A DNA stretch of 57,968 nt, the filler included, from Dugesia japonica (Eukaryota): assembly GCA_001938525.1 (NCBI GenBank). It is 5 parts of 5 records of this genome, joined end to end, with 100 filler letters (N's around TTAATTAATTAA, not from the genome) between each part and the next. Parts side by side here need not be neighbours in the genome. Positions count along the whole stretch, not along the records: positions 45,564 to 57,968 come from MQRL01644810.1; 4 more parts are not named here. The stretch is one strand, 5' to 3'. The notes under the pieces were generated by a model. It made no database searches. It was not told the DNA's origin and saw only the letters and a list, made by a program, of their open reading frames with translations. This document shows positions 52,690-57,968 of the stretch, piece after piece. The position numbers and the translations under genes are program-made. The stretch's first letter is position 1; each line of letters begins with the position of its first letter.

Positions 52690-52832
52690 ATCATAGAGCT
52701 GTTAGAAAAAAACATTTTAGACATCTACTTTTATTCGTTTTTAACGGAGGTCTAAAAGTTTCAAAAGTGGTAAAATATATTAGTGCTGTTTACGGAAAAG
52801 ATGCAACTGATGTAATCAACATACAGTGGTCC
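52690..52832 (+). mobile_element. mariner transposase N-terminal remnant
   Basis: KHFRHLLLFVFNGGLKVSKVVKYISAVYGKDA..IQW. Confidence 0.7.
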
Positions 52833-53534
52833 TTAAATAAATACAGAAAATTATTTAATCAATGTATGCGGATTATAATTTCACACAGGGGTATGCCAAA
52901 ATTGCGAAATAGTCACGTAGTCAATTGATAATTACGTAAAAAGTGTAATTATGTCATAGTTACATAGCCTATTAAATTATAGTTATATTGTCTCTTGAAT
53001 ATTATGCAAAAAGTACAATTACATCATAATTACGTCAATTTAAAATTTTTTTTCAAAAATAATTATTGTTTTCAAAACATGAAAATTTTTCTACCAATCT
53101 ACTGAGAATTTGCTCGGGATCAGTAAATTATTTTTTTTTTCGAAAAACTTTTTTCTTCTTAAATTTCACTGTGAGAATATCGATTCAATAGGAAATATTA
53201 CGCAGATCAAGAATATCATAGTTAAAAACGCTAAAATTTATCCTTAATGAAATAAATTGAGAAAGTAACAATTTAACAAAAATAATAAGTGCGAACAAGG
53301 CACGTACACAGTTAATTTGCGTGCAAAGTTAAGGATTAATGTGTACACTCATCAGTATTTAATTTCTCCCGAGCAATATTAATGATAATTTTACAATACG
53401 GCTCAGAGGAATATTAATATTAATTGCTCCTTATAGGGATATTGAATATCAACCTAGCAATGTTAACATTAATATCCCGGAGATAGGGTTAAAGTTAATA
53501 TTTACATCTCGCCGACAAATTAAATATTTAAAAC

Positions 53535-54090
53535 TCCATCAGAAAATATTTGAATTGAAATTGGGATTGAAACGTGTTGCTGCCAGACTTGTTCCATGTG
53601 AATTGAACATTTTTTAAAAATTTAGTCGTGTTGAAATTTCAAAGGACATGCTCTCTAACGTTGATTCTGATGAAANNNNNNNNNNNNNNNNNNNNNNNNN
53701 NNNNNNNNNNNNGGTGTTTGAGTATGAAACTTTAACAAAACACCAATCAAGTCAATGGCAGTCTCCGGAAGAGCCAAAACCCCGTTTTCAGTAAGACATG
53801 AAGGTCATGCTGACCATTTTTATCGATTCCAATGGAGTTATACACCATGAATTTATTCCGGAAGGTCAAACAGTCAGCAAGGAGTATTATCTAGGTGCTA
53901 TGAGACGATTGTGTGAAGCTGTTCGTTTGAAAAGAAAAGATTTGTGGAGAAACAATTCCTGGATTTTACACCATGACAATGCACCAGCTCACAATGCAAT
54001 AGTTTTTTGAGATTTTTTGCAAAAATTCAATATAAATACCATTCAACACGCTTCAAATTCACCAGATATGGCTGTTTGCGATTTCCTTTG
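53535..54090 (+). mobile_element. mariner transposase fragment (DD34D catalytic region)
   Basis: LGLKRVAARLVPCEL, KVMLTIFIDSNGVIHHEFIPEGQTV, WILHHDNAPAH and SPDMAVCDF. Confidence 0.9.
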
Positions 54091-54091
54091 G

Positions 54092-54540
54092 AGCTCTTTT
54101 AGTAGAGCCCTGCTTTTTGGAATCACTTTCATATACTTCCTCATTCATCCTTTGTATTTACATCTTCATCTTCAATTGCATGAACTCGATTATATCGGTT
54201 TTTAATCTTTCTGCAGTCATAAATTTCTCACTTGTTTTTCTCATTTTCAGATTTTTGTAGCACTCTTCTGCTTTATGTCCACTATTACCACATCGCTTAC
54301 AACTCACTTCTTGATACAAACGTCTAATATTTCCAATCATTCCTAAACCAAAACATTTAGTTGGTTTTATATTTGGACAATCTTGACTTATATGTCCTGT
54401 TTTAAGACGATTCCAACACTATACTACTTTTTTCGTCGGACATTTTGTTTAAAAGTGACCGATCTTAAGAAATAACCAACATTCGATATTTTGTTTTTCT
54501 TTTCTTGGATCCACATGTCTATTCACTGTATGATTTACAG
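54092..54540 (-). mobile_element. Gypsy gag zinc-knuckle fragment, same family as 10090-10545
   Basis: Nucleotide-level similarity to 10090-10545; CKRCGNSGHKAEEC. Confidence 0.88.
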
Positions 54541-55510
54541 GTTTCTGATATTTTCGGCTTGTTAGAAATTATAATTGCAACTTTCGAATCGTACGTTGTA
54601 ACTTTCATTTTCCAATTAATGAAATAATGGCTGAAACAAAACATTTATATGTTTAAATCATGTGTGTAATAAAANNNNNNNNNNNNNNNNNNNNNNNNCA
54701 GTAAAACAATTGGTTTATTCCAGAAAATTTCAATTAAATTTTTAAATTATTCTACAAATATTTAGAAATTCAAATATTCTTCGATGGAGCATATAATATT
54801 AATGCCTGTTTAAACGCATAGGTTTCATTAATATTGCGTTCATATTGTTCATTTTAATCCGTCTAAATAAAAATAATTTAAATGATTTGNNNNNNNNNNN
54901 NNNNNNNNNNNNNNNNNNNNNNNNNNNNNNNNNNNNNNNNNNNNNNNNNNNNNNNNNNNNNNNNNNNNNNNNNNNNNNNNNNNNNNNNNNNNNNNNNNNN
55001 NNNNNNNNNNNNNNNNNNNNNNATTATGAATAATATCATTTTTAGTAATTGCAAAATAAATACTAAAAGAAGTATTTCCTAGATTGGAAGAAAAAGAAAA
55101 ATGCCGAGTACAACAAGAATATTAGGAGAAGGTGGATTACACAGCAAAATTAGTCATTGAAGAAATATTGTTAGCTTTTATAAAGGGATATATATGTTTT
55201 GTAATCTTAGTTATAACGAGTGTCGCTACGACATACTCGAAATTATAGTTGTTTTGAAAACAATAATTATTTTTGAAAAAAATTAGTTAATTTAAACAAA
55301 ACTTAGTTTTCTCCTGATTTTGCGGGAAGAAATTTTTACGTAAAAAATGCCGTATTTATGAGCCAATTATAATAGATAGATATTACCACATGCAACCACC
55401 TCCCCCCAATGGGGTAGAAAATATTTTCAAAAGTGACTACGTATCTTGCGATTTGATTGGTCGAATTTATGTTATTATTTGATTGTGATACTTGATTGTG
55501 ATTGGTTGTA

Positions 55511-55513
<3 letters not shown>

Positions 55514-55560
<47 letters not shown>
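55514..55560. repeat. (TA)n microsatellite
   Basis: Directly visible. Confidence 0.95.
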
Positions 55561-57903
55561 GAATTAATAATTTATATAAAAACATATTAGCACCATTAAA
55601 ATCAGCATAAAAAGTTACCTATATATTGTTTCATCGAAAATAAGTTTCATTAAGCACCAACCCCTCCCTAGCCGATTAAGATAGAAAATGAAAAAAGTAA
55701 GATAGGAACACTTTTGTTGTTTTAATTTTAGTTGGATGTAAGGTTAAAAAGTTATTAAAGATTTAAAATTTTAAAATTTTTAAAAAATTATTCTCCATCA
55801 AAGTTTTCCAATTACACCCATAAATTCTTTGATACCATGTGATANAGAATTAAAAGTAGAATGTATTTCACTTATAAATTTTTAAATCCACATGTTTTCC
55901 TAACAGTGATATTGATAAAACAAAACCTTTGACCCTACTGTGGGTGGTTCCAATTTTTTAAGTTGAAACCACCATCATCAGAATGAAAATCAAAAACCAT
56001 CTATACATTACCTAAATGACTTATGGCAAAAAATACTTCCTTCATATCGAAAAATGAAGAACAATCTAGCAGTGAGACTTGAGCATTGAACCATCTAAAT
56101 TCATTACTTTTAAAATTATTATTAAAACGTGTGAGTCACTTTTGAAAACATTTTCTACCACGGGGGGGNNNNNNNNNNNNNNNNNNNNNNNNNNNNNNNN
56201 NNNNNNNNNNNNNNNNNNNNNNNNNNNNNNNNNNNNNNNNNNNNNNNNNNNNNNNNNNNNNNNNNNCTACGTATTGAAACTTATTACGATATTCCAGTGT
56301 GATTATGTAACTAATACGCAATTATTCTGTATCATACATTATGACAAAATTATGTGTGCATACTATAATCCACACACATTGATTACATAATTTGCTGTAT
56401 ATATTTAAAGAACCCTTGTATGTTAATTGCATACGCTTGTATCCATCTTTTATGCAATTGTCTGGAGTACTGTAAAGGTTTGATTCATCAAGTTCCAAAA
56501 TGGCACATTCAACTTTCAATATACTGGTTACTTTGGTGAACTATCNNNNNNNNNNNNNNNNNNNNNNNNNNNNNNNNNNNNNNNNNNNNNNNNNNNNNNN
56601 NNNNNNNNNNNNNNNNNNNNNNNNNNNNNNNNNNNNNNNNNNNNNNNNNNNNNNNNNNNNNNNNNNNNNNNNNNNNNNNNNNNNNNNNNNNNNNNNNNNN
56701 NNNNNNNNNGAATACATAAAATATTGATATGATTTCATAAAAAAAATTCTTTACATGAATTTAATTTTCTTCTTTTTGAGAGAATATAATTTTCTGAACA
56801 ATAAAATCAATAAAGCATATTTGTAGAAAATAGAAAAAAAAATCATTCACAATTTTATTTCAATTGATCGAATGATTTATTATTTACTGTAAAAAACTCT
56901 AAGTAGTAAATGTTTTGAAAGTTATTTTAGAAAAAAACAAAATTGCTAATGCAAAATATGTCACAGAAATTTTTGTGAGTAAAATTCTTTAGCAGCTTGG
57001 AATTTTCAAAATTCCAAAGCGTAATGAAGTAAATAATATATCATAAGAAATAAAAATAATAATATAAAGTTCAAGTGCGTAAAAAAGTTCTAATACTTAA
57101 GGTAGAATTTTAGAAAATAAAGGAATGAAAAAAAGTAAATTTTCATTTTTCTTGAATTAAGAATAAAACGTCTTATGAAAAAAGCTAAGATTTATTTTAC
57201 TTTCGTCATGAATGATGGGTTACAGGCCTAGATTTATTTTAATATTTATTATGTATTTTTGAAAAACGTAAATTTTTTAATGTTTTAAAATGTAAAATTA
57301 CAAATTATAAAATTAAAATTGAAAATGTAAATTTAAAATCTCATTGTTGAAATTTTTAATTTAAAAATTTTAAATTAATTGAAAGAAATTTAAATATAAA
57401 TACGTAGTATAAAACTTTTTATACTAATTTGTAATTCGAAATTTTTTAATATATTTTGTAATTTATGTAAAATTTAATTTACAGGTTTTAAATATAAATA
57501 TTTATTATGAAAATTATTTTATTTTTAGAAATAATTTAATATTTGTAAAATAGATTTTTTAATAAATTGTTTAAATTTATTTAAAAAAACATAAAGTGCA
57601 TAAGGCATTTTAGGAAGCAATCGTTCTGAAATCAAGAAGAATTTTAAAGAAGATAATTGTCAATAATTTAATAAAGTTTTGGAATTAAGAGATTAATTTT
57701 ATTTAATTTCAAAGAAGAAATCAAATAAATCTAACAATATTGAAATATCATAATTAAATATTTTTTTATATTTAAAATATAACATATTAATTTCAAAAGT
57801 TTTAAAGTATATATGTCAAAGTACAGTAAATTAATTATTACAATAATTGAGTTATAAAGAATTAAATCAAAATTTAAAAAAAGAACTAAATTAGATATAA
57901 TTC

Positions 57904-57968
<65 letters not shown>
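57904..57968. repeat. (AAT)n microsatellite
   Basis: Pure AAT run to the window end. Confidence 0.97.

Noticed and set aside
56322-56519. 65-aa ORF between gaps
   Set aside because: No recognisable motif and too fragmentary to call.
57904-57968. Terminal repeat as telomere
   Set aside because: It is the (AAT)n microsatellite common throughout the window, not TTAGGG-like.

Overview
This is AT-rich eukaryotic DNA, very probably from a metazoan invertebrate draft genome. It is flatworm-like in its ~50-nt introns, (AAT)n tracts and mariner load, but the host cannot be proven from sequence. The window is not one locus: four artificial 100-nt spacers (44 N + TTAATTAATTAA + 44 N; the 12-mer lies at 8913, 18441, 35448 and 45508) join five unrelated scaffolds. 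Scaffold 1 (1-8868) holds a Penelope-like retroelement and a near-complete mariner nested in a pogo/Tigger remnant. Scaffold 2 (8969-18396) holds a Ty3/Gypsy fragment, a decayed piggyBac, a ~1-kb duplicated non-coding unit and orphan ORFs. Scaffold 3 (18497-35403) begins with a ~5-kb gene-dense endogenous ssDNA-virus-like island, followed by a graveyard of mariner, hAT and MITE relics. The island combines a parvovirus-NS1-like SF3 helicase, two divergent CRESS-type HUH Reps (one with a clean 53-nt spliceosomal intron), a parvo/adinto-type PLA2 ORF and an orphan ORF. Scaffold 4 (35504-45463) carries a Polinton/adintovirus-type protein-primed PolB with three N-terminal C2H2-type zinc fingers, preceded by an intact PD-(D/E)xK restriction-endonuclease-like ORF, plus orphan ORFs. 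Scaffold 5 (45564-57968) carries a divergent intron-containing alpha-tubulin whose last exon is missing, plus more TE relics. The most notable item is the chimeric Rep + second SF3 helicase + PLA2 virus-like island.
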